Assembly (NCBI GenBank): GCA_963774265.1
Contig: CAVZDU010000001.1
Span: 1,088,001 to 1,152,000 of the forward strand
Length of the DNA: 64,000 nt
Direction of reading: 5' to 3'
From: an uncultured Chloroflexia bacterium
GTDB taxonomy: Bacteria > Chloroflexota > Anaerolineae > CG2-30-64-16
Made by a program: the position numbers and the translations under genes. Position 1 is the first letter of the stretch, and every line of letters begins with the position of its first letter. A model generated the notes under the pieces. The model searched no databases, was not told where the DNA came from, and was given only the letters and a program-made list of their open reading frames with translations. Of the stretch, positions 20,693 to 30,379 are shown piece after piece.

Positions 20693-23404
20693 TCAGAGGA
20701 GGCCGAGCTTCCCGGCCTTGCCCGCTGCTTCGTGGCGCGAATTGACATCGAGCTTACGGTAGATGCTCTTCAGGTGGGCCTTCACCGTATTGGCCGAAAC
20801 ATATAACGAGCGGCTGATCTCGTCGTTCGTGTTGCCGCTTGTCAGCAGGCGCAGAACTTCGAGCTCGCGTCCGCTGAGGGGTTCAACCAGCGGTTGGCTG
20901 CGGGTCACTGCTTCCCCGTGGCGGTGCGAGGGGTCGCCCCGTAGGGCAGCCAACAGCCGGCCGATGAATGCCACTTCGATGTTCCGTGCAGCGGCCTCCC
21001 TCAGCAATGCCGCCATAGGCTGCCCGAGGTCGACGAACGCGCGCACATGCTCTTCCCCGGCCGCGAGAGCCAGGGCTTCGGTCAGGAAACCCAGGGCTTC
21101 GCGGCCGGAGAGACATGCCAACGCCTGCAGCGCGCGCGTGTCCACTTGCGCGGCCATGAAGCCGACATGCGTGAGGACGGCATCACGCTTCTTGAGTAGA
21201 TCAAAAGCCTCTGCCCGACGCTCCTCGGCCAGCAACAGGCGCGCGTGCGCGAGACTCAACAGGACATAGTCCGGCAGAGATCCGATATCGTCCAACGGTG
21301 GTGACCGCTCGGTCAGATGGCGTGCTTCGCTCAGATTTCCTGCCATCAGGGCGATCAGGATACGATAGGCCAGCGCGTGACGCAAGGCGGAGGGAGATAA
21401 GTCAGGGCGCAGCGCCAGCCGCTCGACCTCCGCAACCGCCTGTCTGACAGCGGCCTGCTCGTCCCGGGCCTGTTCGACGAGCGCGAGCGTCCTTGCTGCA
21501 GCGATCTGAAGCTCCCCCTGGCCGCTTCGCCGGCTCAAGGCGACCGCCTGTCCTGCGTGAACTGCTGCGGCCGCCAGTTCATTACGGTCGAAGAGCAACT
21601 TGGCCAGGTCCGAGTGGGCCAGCGAGACGAAGGGCATATCGCCACCTAGTTGGATTACCTGCTGATACCCCTCGGCGGCCCCTCCCACGAAGCCCCGTGC
21701 GGCCTGGATCCTGCAGATGAATAACTGGGCTGCCAGCCCGGCATACTGGTTTTCCGACCGGCGACCCATCTCCACAGCCTCGCCCAGCATCTGATCTGCG
21801 CGATCCAGGTTTCCCGCGTACCAGTAGGCTATCCCCAGGTTCGTGGCGACAACGCCGCGTGCTTGCCAATTGTCGCTGGGCAGAAGCGCCAAGGCGCGTT
21901 CAGAGAGTTCCATCGCGCGCCGGTTATCACCCCTGGCGCGCGCGACATAGGCCCGTGCCGCAGCGATCGTGCCCGCAAGTCCATCGCCACCCTGGGCCGA
22001 CTCTGCCAACACAAGATAGTCTTCGGCCTCATTGACTTGCCCGGACAGGATCAGCGCCCAGCTTATGCCGGTGCATAAATCTGCCCGCGTGCGAATGAGG
22101 CTGTCAGGCAGAGCCCGGTACCAACCCAACAACGTGGTGATCTCACCGTGCTTCAGCAGACTGTCCGTGAGGCGCGAGATGAGCGCTGAAGCCTCGTCCC
22201 AGGCGTGCGCTGCCAGCGCGTGTCGAACAGCGTCAGCAGGGAACCCATTCTCGGCATACCAACGGGAAGCCCGACCCCGCAATTGTGCGATGCTCTTCGG
22301 CGCCTGAAGCGTTAACCGGTGACGCAAGAGGTCAGCGAAGAGATGATGGTAACGGTACCACTGCCGGGAGCGGTCAAGCGGGACGATAAACAGGTTGCGT
22401 TGTTCCAACGCCAGCAGGAGCGCGGAGCTATCAGTGCGCCCGGTGACCGAGTTGCACAGCGGGGCAGACAGTCGATCGAGCACGGAGGTCTTCAGCAGGA
22501 AGTCCTGAATCTCGGCGGGCTGACGCTGGACCACCTCCTCCATGAGGTAGTCCAGGATATAGCGATCGCTGCCGGTGAAGGATTCGAGCAGGGACGTCAC
22601 ATCGTCACAGTGGTGCAATGAATGTGCAAGAAGCTCGAGGCCGGCAGCCCATCCCTCGGTGCGCTGCTGGACAGCAGCGAGCCCAGCCGCAGGCAGCTCG
22701 GTCTGCGCCGTGCGCCTCAGGAATTCGAGGGTCTCTTCGGCCGTAAACTGCAGATCGCTCTGCCGGATTTCCACGATCTGACCCCTGGCGCGCCAATTGG
22801 CGAGCGGAAGCTGCGGGTCGTCACGCGTCGCGATCACCAGGTGCATGTGGGGTGGCTGATGCTCCAGGAGGAAGGCGACCTGCATGTGCACCGCCAGGGC
22901 GGTGATGAGGTGATAGTCGTCGAGCACAAGCACGAACGGAAACGACACGGAGGTCAGTTCGTTGATCAGGATCGCGAGCAGCGCCTCGTGCGGAAGTACG
23001 GGGCGGCTTTGCACATCGCTGCGCAGTAAGGGTTCGATTCCCCGCCCGACGGCCGGATCGATTCGCTGCAGCGCGGCAACGAGGTAGGTGAGAAAGCGTG
23101 CCGGGTCGCTATCGCTTGCGTCCAGTGAAAGCCAGGCGACGCGCGGACCGCTGACGACCTCAGAACTGGGAACCGTCCCCTTGGGGCTGCGCGCCTGCGC
23201 TGCAGTGCGGCCGGTAACCCATTCTGCGACCAGGGTGGTCTTGCCATAGCCTGCGGGGGCGCAAACAAGCGTGAGTTTCCGGGTGAGCCCTTCGTCCAAG
23301 CGCCGGGTGAGTCGGGGGCGCAAAAGGTGCTCCGCTCGCAGGTGCGGCACGTAGAGCTTGGTCAGCAAAGGTGGACTGGGAATCGTCCCTGTGAGACTCG
23401 ACAT
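20693..23404 (-). CDS. MalT-like STAND ATPase / TPR / LuxR-HTH transcriptional activator (903 aa)
   Basis: LLTKLYVP, APAGYGKTT, WLSLD, LVLDDYH, RTEGWAAGL, WYRYHHLF, TPR region, EPLSGRELEVL...VKAHLKSIYRKL. Confidence 0.93.
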   Translation of the reverse strand: MSSLTGTIPSPPLLTKLYVPHLRAEHLLRPRLTRRLDEGLTRKLTLVCAPAGYGKTTLVAEWVTGRTAAQARSPKGTVPSSEVVSGPRVAWLSLDASDSDPARFLTYLVAALQRIDPAVGRGIEPLLRSDVQSRPVLPHEALLAILINELTSVSFPFVLVLDDYHLITALAVHMQVAFLLEHQPPHMHLVIATRDDPQLPLANWRARGQIVEIRQSDLQFTAEETLEFLRRTAQTELPAAGLAAVQQRTEGWAAGLELLAHSLHHCDDVTSLLESFTGSDRYILDYLMEEVVQRQPAEIQDFLLKTSVLDRLSAPLCNSVTGRTDSSALLLALEQRNLFIVPLDRSRQWYRYHHLFADLLRHRLTLQAPKSIAQLRGRASRWYAENGFPADAVRHALAAHAWDEASALISRLTDSLLKHGEITTLLGWYRALPDSLIRTRADLCTGISWALILSGQVNEAEDYLVLAESAQGGDGLAGTIAAARAYVARARGDNRRAMELSERALALLPSDNWQARGVVATNLGIAYWYAGNLDRADQMLGEAVEMGRRSENQYAGLAAQLFICRIQAARGFVGGAAEGYQQVIQLGGDMPFVSLAHSDLAKLLFDRNELAAAAVHAGQAVALSRRSGQGELQIAAARTLALVEQARDEQAAVRQAVAEVERLALRPDLSPSALRHALAYRILIALMAGNLSEARHLTERSPPLDDIGSLPDYVLLSLAHARLLLAEERRAEAFDLLKKRDAVLTHVGFMAAQVDTRALQALACLSGREALGFLTEALALAAGEEHVRAFVDLGQPMAALLREAAARNIEVAFIGRLLAALRGDPSHRHGEAVTRSQPLVEPLSGRELEVLRLLTSGNTNDEISRSLYVSANTVKAHLKSIYRKLDVNSRHEAAGKAGKLGLL

Positions 23405-23419
23405 GTCAAGGCTTTCAAG

Positions 23420-23453
23420 AAAAATCAGCAGACGGTAGCGAAGCGTCTGCTGA
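23420..23453 (-). terminator. Intrinsic terminator just upstream of the MalT-like gene start
   Basis: Minus strand TCAGCAGACG-cttcgctac-CGTCTGCTGA-TTTTT. Confidence 0.8.
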
Positions 23454-23628
23454 CGATCGAGGCCGCGCTACACAGCAGTGTGGCTGCGACTTGCTTGAGA
23501 GCCAATTCAATGACAACAGTGGCAGTGACGACGGCGTGAGCCCAAGTGCAGCCCTACTGCCTGTGATGCGCGTTTGCACAGACTACATCGTCCGGCCAAC
23601 CCTCTGTCTCTGGCTAGTTGAAATCCTA
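23420..23628 (-). ncRNA. Candidate structured leader or small RNA (about 200 nt)
   Basis: Bounded by a consensus promoter and an intrinsic terminator; several internal stems; no convincing ORF. Confidence 0.4.
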
Positions 23629-23633
23629 CATAT

Positions 23634-23662
23634 ATTATCGCGCCTGGAGGGCCTTGTGTCAA
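23634..23662 (-). promoter_or_regulatory. sigma70 promoter
   Basis: Minus strand TTGACA (23662-23657), 17 bp, GATAAT (23639-23634). Confidence 0.75.
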
Positions 23663-23680
23663 TGGTTTTTAGGCGATGGG

Positions 23681-24936
23681 AAGGGCGTACGCATCTAATA
23701 AATATCATATTGTTTGCTTGGATGGTAGACGCGGCAGGCGGAATGGGCTATCCTTGAGTGGTCAGGAGGGTAGCCCATGAACGACGAGCCTACCGCAGCG
23801 ATCAGCGAGCACTTTGCGAGCCTGGCAGATCCCCGGATCGACCGGACGAAGCGCCATCAACTGCTCGACATCATCATCATTGCGATCTGCGCCATCCTGT
23901 GTGGCGCCGATGACTGGGTCGAGGTGGAGTTGTTCGGGAACGCCAAGCTGACATGGCTAAGGACGTTCCTGGAACTACCCAACGGCATCCCGTCACATGA
24001 CACCTTCGGGCGAGTGTTTGCTCGGCTGAATACCGAGCAGTTCCAGCAGTGTTTTCTGGAATGGATTCAGGCCGTGAGCCAGGTGACCCGCGGCCAAGTC
24101 ATTGCGATTGATGGTAAGGTGCTGCGTGGTTCCTGCAACCGCCTGCTCGGCAAGGCGGGCATCGCCATGGTCAGCGCCTGGGCGACGGCCAATCATCTGG
24201 TGCTTGGGCAGGTCAAGGTGGACGACAAGTCCAATGAGATCACGGCCATCCCCAAGCTGCTGCAGGTGCTGGAAATCGCCGGCTGCATCGTGACGATCGA
24301 CGCCATCGGCTGCCAGACCGAGATCACCCAGGCGATTGTCGAACAGGATGCCGACTACGTGCTGGTGGTTAAGAAGAACCAGGGCCATCTCTACGAAGAC
24401 ATCCACGCACTGTTTGCGGGAGCTCAAGAAGTGAACTTCCAGGACGTCCCGCACGATTACCACAAGACGACGGACAAGGCGCATGGCCGCCTCGAAATCC
24501 GTCAGTGTTGGACCATCTCGGATGGCAGTCTGGTGAGCTACTTGCGCAACCGGGCTGGGTGGCGCAACCTCCACACGATCGTCAAGGTCGTCGCCGAGCG
24601 CCGAATGCCGGGCGAGACGACGATCGAGACCCGGTACTTCATCTCCAGCCTGGACGGCGATGCCCGGCGCATGCTCAAGGCGCTGCGTAGCCATTGGGGC
24701 ATCGAAAACGGGTTGCACTGGGTGCTCGACATCGGCTTCGATGAAGATCACCAGCGGGTGCGCAAGGACAACGGCCCGGCCAACTTCGCTGTTCTCCGGC
24801 ACATTGCCCTCAACCTGCTCAAACAGGAAAAAAGTGTCAAGGCCGGCATCAAGGCCAAGCGTCTCAAAGCTGGCTGGGATGAGCCCTACTTGCTCAAAGT
24901 GCTCTTTGGTCAGGGCAATTAAGATGCGATTGCCCT
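23681..24936 (+). mobile_element. ISAs1-family insertion sequence with terminal inverted repeats and target duplication
   Basis: Left end AGGGCGTACGCATCT, right end AGATGCGATTGCCCT; AGGCGATGGG direct repeat at 23671-23680 and 24937-24946. Confidence 0.92.
23777..24922 (+). CDS. ISAs1 family transposase
   Basis: DPRI, GIPSHDTF, AIDGK, KSNEITAIP, HGRLE, RSHWGIENGLHWVLD. Confidence 0.96.
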   Translation: MNDEPTAAISEHFASLADPRIDRTKRHQLLDIIIIAICAILCGADDWVEVELFGNAKLTWLRTFLELPNGIPSHDTFGRVFARLNTEQFQQCFLEWIQAVSQVTRGQVIAIDGKVLRGSCNRLLGKAGIAMVSAWATANHLVLGQVKVDDKSNEITAIPKLLQVLEIAGCIVTIDAIGCQTEITQAIVEQDADYVLVVKKNQGHLYEDIHALFAGAQEVNFQDVPHDYHKTTDKAHGRLEIRQCWTISDGSLVSYLRNRAGWRNLHTIVKVVAERRMPGETTIETRYFISSLDGDARRMLKALRSHWGIENGLHWVLDIGFDEDHQRVRKDNGPANFAVLRHIALNLLKQEKSVKAGIKAKRLKAGWDEPYLLKVLFGQGN

Positions 24937-24960
24937 AGGCGATGGGTGTGGGAGTGCTGC

Positions 24961-26209
24961 CTACTTTTGTCCGAGCCGGAAAGAGTGCACGTGGTCGTAA
25001 CGTCGTCCCATCACCACATCCACCTGCCCGGTGCTCATGCCATAGACCACCGACCACTGCGTGGGTGACTCGGTCTGCGACACCGTCTGCAAGAGGCCCA
25101 ACGCAGCATTGCTGTCGAGGTTTCCGCCTGAAGTTGTCAGCCGCCCGACGAGGGCGTCGTAGCGGGGGCATTGACCCGCAGCATTTCCGGTGATCGCACT
25201 GCGCGTGAAGTTGGTCGCCGCGTGCCAGGGTCCTTCGTTTGGCAATACGATGATCTGCCCGCCTTGGTACTCGACCAGTGCGGCGTGGCCCGTGCGGTCG
25301 GCTACGAGGTAGTGCAGCGGTGGGCCGCCCTCCCAGTCGATGTTGTAGCGGCCGAGGATCGCAACCGCCTCGTCCGCGCTTCCGGCATGGTCGAGGATCT
25401 CCCGGATTACCTCCAGCGAGTCGATGGTTGGTTTTCCGCGGTCGTGTCGGTCATCCGCTTGGGGTACGGCTGCCATGCCCACCGCCACGCCCGCCTCATT
25501 CATGCCGTCGAAGGGCCAGGCCGGCGCCTCAAGCAGCGCGCGGCGCTCGGCCAACGGCAACGTCGTCAGATCGATCGACTCGTCGTCGAACCCGAAATAC
25601 CGCGATGTCCACCATGGAGACCGACGCATAGCCGCCTGTGGCAGGTCGGTCTGTGAAGAGCAGCAGCGCGGGGCTGTAGCGCCAGTCAAAATTGCGACCG
25701 TAGAGCCGGTTTCCGGGGTCGCCCGATGCGGCAAAGAGCGAGCAGGCCCAGCCGCCGCCCGCCGCAATGACCTGGGAGGTCCCCGAGTCCTCCCAGGTCT
25801 TTGAGACACGAGACGAGCCGACGTAGTGCATGGTATAGAGCGGATAGTCGTCCACCTTCTGCAAGCTGGCCAGGGTTGTCGCCTGGTCGGGGGTCAGGCC
25901 AGCCGGCTGCTGGACCGGTGCAGTGACCGACGCCGGGGCCTCGGTCCGGGGGCGCGGTGGCGTCAGCCAAACTGCGCTCAGCAGTAATACCGCCAACGCA
26001 ATGAAGGCTAGCAAGAGTCGCCGAGGGGCTCTGGACCAGACCAATCCCATAGAAACCCCGACCAGGATTCCGAGCGCGACGAAAAATGGCGTGTTGTCGG
26101 ATCGGACAAGCCAGCCGGCGAGCAAGCCAAGCGCCGCCCCGATCGCCAATCCCAACACCGCACCAACGACGACTCCGGCATGCCTTGACATGATATCGAG
26201 CCTTTTCAC
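24961..26209 (-). CDS. Membrane-anchored Ntn hydrolase (C45 / linear amide C-N hydrolase family), frameshift near 25600
   Basis: Three N-terminal TM helices; WACSLFAA (nucleophile Cys), GRNFDW, PFDGMNEAG, ATNF, TQWSVVY. Confidence 0.82.
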
Positions 26210-26316
26210 TTACTTCTGCGCCAACCAGCCAGTGATCGCGTGCCGGGCATCGATACTCCCTGCCCCCTGTTGAGTGTGCATGCTTTCCTCCGTTTCTGCT
26301 TTGCTCTCCAGCTAAT

Positions 26317-26363
26317 AGGATACAACAAAAACGCGCTGTCGGCATCAGCCACTTGGGGAGTAT
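26317..26363 (-). promoter_or_regulatory. Putative activator-dependent promoter with box 3
   Basis: Minus strand ATACTCCCCAAGTGGCTG-ATGCCG, 17 bp, TATCCT. Confidence 0.45.
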
Positions 26364-26562
26364 GGAGATCGGATAGGTGGATAGTGGGCGGCTAACCCGC
26401 CTGGGTGGCCCTCAAACCAACCATCCTGACGGCTAGCCGGGCCACTGGGCGGCAACGAGCTGAGGCGGCGGACTACTTTGCGCGACTTCGGTCCCTCCTC
26501 TAGAATGGCGGTAATTGATCCGACGATGAGGGATCGCAACCGTCACAACTGGAGTATGCCCC

Positions 26563-27132
26563 ATGCACATCCTCACCCTACTTGGCAGCCCGAGGCGACA
26601 CGGCAACACAGACGCGGTCTTGCGGCGGTTCGAGGCGGCGGCCACGGGTCGTGGCCACGCAGTGACGCGTATCGACGTCGCAGACCAAAGCGTTGCCGGG
26701 TGTCTGGGCTGTGAGGCCTGCCAGGGAGATCTGACGGACCTGGGCTGCGTGCAGACCGATGACGGCGACGACATCCTGCGGCAGATCCAGGGAACCGACC
26801 TGACCGTCTACGCGGCCCCGGTCTACTGTTGGAGCTTCCCCGCGCAGATGAAAGCCTTGATCGATCGCCATTTCTGCACGGTGAAGTGGGAAGACGGGGA
26901 GGTGGCCGCGTCACTGCTGGCTGGCAAGCGTACAGCGCTGCTGCTCACCTGCGGTGACGCTGCCGCGACGAACGCAGACCTGACGCTGACCCTGTTCCAG
27001 CGCCAGATGCGCTACACGAGCTGCAACGTTGCGGGGATGTATGTGCTCGATAACTGCACGACGCCAGTGGCCGACGCCCATCGTGCCGACTTGCTCGCGC
27101 AGCGAATGGCCGCGGAGCTGCTGGACGCATGA
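26563..27132 (+). CDS. Iron-sulfur flavoprotein / NADPH-dependent FMN reductase family protein
   Basis: GSPRRHGNT, CLGCEAC..C, PVYCWSFPAQMKALIDR; TTGCGC-17-TAGAAT promoter at 26478-26506. Confidence 0.88.
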   Translation: MHILTLLGSPRRHGNTDAVLRRFEAAATGRGHAVTRIDVADQSVAGCLGCEACQGDLTDLGCVQTDDGDDILRQIQGTDLTVYAAPVYCWSFPAQMKALIDRHFCTVKWEDGEVAASLLAGKRTALLLTCGDAAATNADLTLTLFQRQMRYTSCNVAGMYVLDNCTTPVADAHRADLLAQRMAAELLDA

Positions 27133-27147
27133 CGGCGCGAGGGCGCC

Positions 27148-27975
27148 TCAGGCACTAACCTGGGCATTTGATATCGCGATTTGCACCCGTTTCACGTGAG
27201 CCATTTTCCAACGCCTGTCGACCCATCGGGCTATGAGCGCCGGCGGGACCAGCCCGCCAATCACCTTCAACGAGCGATTGACCCAGCCGGGGATGTAGAC
27301 CGCCTTGTCTTGAAGCGCCGCGTCCAGCGCACCCGCAGCCACGGCGCCGGTGTTCTGCGTTGTGAGATGCCCCATCAGCCCCTGCGCTTCGATTGCGGCG
27401 ATGCATTCGGGGGTAGTAGGTAGGCCCGCGGGGCACAGCGCAGTCACCGTTACGCCCTGTCCCCGCAGTTCTTCGCGCAGCGCCAGTGAGAAATCAAGGA
27501 GAAAGCGCTTCGACGCTGCGTAGGTCGCTTTGTAGGGCATCGGATAGAGCGCGCCCAGACTGGCAACGTTGATGACGTGAAAGACATCGGTCGTGTCGCG
27601 GAGGCCCATCAGGGCGTGCGTCATTTCGATCGCGGCTTCGACGTTCAGGCGCAAGATATTGCGGATGTGCTCACGCGGCTGCTCGCAGAAGAGCCCCTCG
27701 TGATCTCCGCCAGCAACGTTGATCAGGGCGGAGAAGCGTGCATGCTCCGCCGCAAGCACCTCAAACAAGGCCGCGCGCTGGTCGGCATCGGTCAGATCAC
27801 ACGCCTGCCACTGGACTTGCACACCGTAGGCGCCGCGCAGACCCGTCGATAGTGCTTCCAATGCATCCGGGTGCAGGTCGGTCAGATACAGATGCCAGCC
27901 GCGACTGGCGCACTCGACGGCGAAGGCCCTGCCCAGTCCGCCGGTCGCGCCACTGATCATTGTGTAACGCTTCAT
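27148..27975 (-). CDS. SDR family oxidoreductase
   Basis: SGATGGLG, INVAG, YAASK. Confidence 0.88.
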   Translation of the reverse strand: MKRYTMISGATGGLGRAFAVECASRGWHLYLTDLHPDALEALSTGLRGAYGVQVQWQACDLTDADQRAALFEVLAAEHARFSALINVAGGDHEGLFCEQPREHIRNILRLNVEAAIEMTHALMGLRDTTDVFHVINVASLGALYPMPYKATYAASKRFLLDFSLALREELRGQGVTVTALCPAGLPTTPECIAAIEAQGLMGHLTTQNTGAVAAGALDAALQDKAVYIPGWVNRSLKVIGGLVPPALIARWVDRRWKMAHVKRVQIAISNAQVSA

Positions 27976-27994
27976 GCCGTACTCCTTCGTTCGT

Positions 27995-28880
27995 CTAGTT
28001 TGCGGCCGCAATGCCGCACATCTGCTCCGAAAGCGTCCATAGTCGTTGCGCCGCCGATCCGCTAAGCGCCTCGCGGCTGGGCGACCGCGGTTTGCTGTGC
28101 CGCCAGTACACGGCGTGCGTATTCTGGATGGACGACTCGCCCAGCAGGAAGACGATGCCGCGAGCGGCTTCTTCAGGAGGAATGCCATCGGCGCGGCGCC
28201 GTTCCCAGATCCACTTCACCAGCCCTGGCGTACCCTTCAAGCCGATGTCGGTCTTTACCAGACCGGGGTCTGCAGCAAACGCGCGGACACGGGAGGCCGC
28301 GCCAAGGCGCCGGTTGAGTTCTGCGGTGAACAGCACATTAGCCAGCTTGGTTTGGTTGTATGCCCGCAGCCCGTTGTACCGCCTGCGCAACTGAATGTCA
28401 CTCCAGTTGAGCACCGTGTGAGCGTGTGACTCTGAGCTGGTCGTGACGACCCACCGCGGCAGGCGCAGCCTGCAACAATGGCAGGAGCTCCAGTGTGAGC
28501 AAGAATGGGGCCAGATGGTTGACCGCCCACTGGGTCTCGAAACCTTCGCCGGTTAGGGTGAGCCAGTAGGTGAAGGTCCCAGCGTTGTTGGCCAAGCCAT
28601 CCAGGGATGTGCGCCCGCGGTCCGCAGTGATGTGTCGAATCTCTTCCGCCAGCCGGCGCACCTCGCTCTGGAGAGTGAGATCGGCGGTGCAGTAGGCCAC
28701 AGAACCAACATTTGAACGAATTGCGGCCAGTTTCTGCTCGGCCACGCGGCAGCGTTGGGTCGACCGGCCCACGCCGATCACATGAGCGCCCTGCCTGGCC
28801 AGTGCTTCCGCAGTCGCCAGCCCGATGCCCGAGGTTGCTCCTGTTACGACGATTGTCTTGCCCATGACTGAGAATGTCAT
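27995..28880 (-). CDS. SDR family oxidoreductase (retinol dehydrogenase-like), frameshifted near 28420-28455
   Basis: TGATSGIG, NNAG, VNHLAPFLLT, YNQTKLAN, DPGLVKT. Confidence 0.85.
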
Positions 28881-28909
28881 TTATACCTCCCTTTCAACTT
28901 TCTGGCTGC

Positions 28910-28967
28910 AGGATAGCGAAAAGGAGGGTGCAATGTCGTCCCTCGAAAGGGACATTCCGGGGTGTAC
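28910..28967 (-). promoter_or_regulatory. Putative activator-dependent promoter with palindromic box 2
   Basis: Minus strand GTACACCCcgg-AATGTCCCTTTCGAGGG-ACGACA, 18 bp, TATCCT. Confidence 0.6.
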
Positions 28968-28990
28968 TGTGAATGCGGAGAGGGTGCAGT

Positions 28991-30367
28991 CTAGAGTAGC
29001 TGTAGATCGCGTGCGACGGCCACGGCTTGCGTCCGGCTGCCTACCTGGAGCTTGCCGTAGATGTTGTTGATGTGACGCTTGACCGTGCCGGGCGCGATGA
29101 TGAGGCGATCTGCGATGGCCTGGTTGGACAGCCCCGCGGCGATGAGCCTCAGCACCTCAAGCTCGCGCTCGCTGAGTGGCTCGACGAGGGGTTGGTCGAC
29201 TGCCCTTTCGCGGCGAGTGGTGCTTGAAACAACAGCGAGCTCCGCGGCGCGTCGCGCGTGTTGCACCGCCAGATCAGGCACACCATGTTCTTCGCACCAG
29301 GCCGCAGCTTTCCGGTGCAGCTCACCTTGCTGGCGGGGCGGAAGGGCGAGGCGCAGCATCTCAGCGAAAAGGACATGATAACGCCACCACTCGCGACGGT
29401 TGTCTAGAGGCAATAAAAAGAGGTTCGCTGCTTCCAGCTGCTCGAGCATGGCCTGGCTATCCTCCCGTCCGGTGACCGCAGCGCAAAGGGGCGCGCAGAG
29501 GCGGTCGAGGACGGCGGTCTGGCGCAGGAAGTCCGCGAGGGGCTCGGGCTGGCGGTCCAACACCTCGGCTAAAAGGTAATCGACGATGTAGCGATCATCA
29601 CCGGCGAAGGCAGCGACGAATTCCTCTGCACCGAGTGTGTCGTTTGTTGTCAGCCCACTAAGCGCGACCCCGGCAAGCTGCAAGGCGGTGATCCACCCCT
29701 CGGTCCGCGCTGCGAGCGAGACAACCGCCGCGGGCGGGAGGCCTAATCGCAGGGTCTGATTGAGAAACGCTCCTGCTTCGTCGGGTGAGAAGCGGAGACT
29801 GCGCTCTCGCACTTCCGTGACCTGGCCCCGTGCGCGCAGGCGAGCCAGCGGCAGTGGAGGATCTTCGCGCGTGCCGATGATCAGATGGAAACAGGGCGGC
29901 CCGTGCATCAGCAAGAAGGCGACGAGGTCGTGGACGGCGAAGTTGCGGATCGTGTGGTAGTCGTCGAGCACGAGACTGCGCTCGGCGCCGTCCGCGGCCA
30001 GCGCGTTGATCAGGGCGACCAGGGTTTCCTTTGGCTCCTCAAAAGGAGCCGGCGTTGTATTGCGGTCTGGTTTCGAATCCGCGGCTGCCCGCTCAGGATG
30101 CTCTGAATAGCCCAACGCCTCGCCCACATAGCGAAGAAAGCGCGCCGGCTCGTTGTCGCCTTCATCGAGCGTCAGCCAGGCGACGTCCTGTTCGGCCGCG
30201 GCCATCCATTCTCGGATCAACGTCGACTTGCCGAAGCCTGGGGGCGCCGAAATGAGTGTCAAGCGTGCACCTTCGGCCAGTCGGACGACCAACCGAGGCC
30301 GCGCGATCTGATCCGGTCGGGACACCGGTGCACGCAGCTTGGTGGAGAGCAGCGGCTCGGCACTCAC
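28991..30367 (-). CDS. Short MalT-like STAND-LuxR regulator lacking the TPR sensor domain (458 aa)
   Basis: LLSTKL, APPGFGKST, LVLDDYH, RTEGWITAL, WWRYHVLF, then almost directly EPLSERELEVL...TVKRHINNIYGKL. Confidence 0.9.
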   Translation of the reverse strand: MSAEPLLSTKLRAPVSRPDQIARPRLVVRLAEGARLTLISAPPGFGKSTLIREWMAAAEQDVAWLTLDEGDNEPARFLRYVGEALGYSEHPERAAADSKPDRNTTPAPFEEPKETLVALINALAADGAERSLVLDDYHTIRNFAVHDLVAFLLMHGPPCFHLIIGTREDPPLPLARLRARGQVTEVRERSLRFSPDEAGAFLNQTLRLGLPPAAVVSLAARTEGWITALQLAGVALSGLTTNDTLGAEEFVAAFAGDDRYIVDYLLAEVLDRQPEPLADFLRQTAVLDRLCAPLCAAVTGREDSQAMLEQLEAANLFLLPLDNRREWWRYHVLFAEMLRLALPPRQQGELHRKAAAWCEEHGVPDLAVQHARRAAELAVVSSTTRRERAVDQPLVEPLSERELEVLRLIAAGLSNQAIADRLIIAPGTVKRHINNIYGKLQVGSRTQAVAVARDLQLL

Positions 30368-30379
30368 GGTTTGCCGGAC

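Noticed and set aside
23500-23628. Assignment of the candidate RNA to SAM-I, T-box, tmRNA or 6S
   Set aside because: The SAM-I P1 AUC/GAU and GGUGC..AUUCC core are missing, there is no T-box 14-mer, it is too short for tmRNA, and it has no long 5'/3' stem
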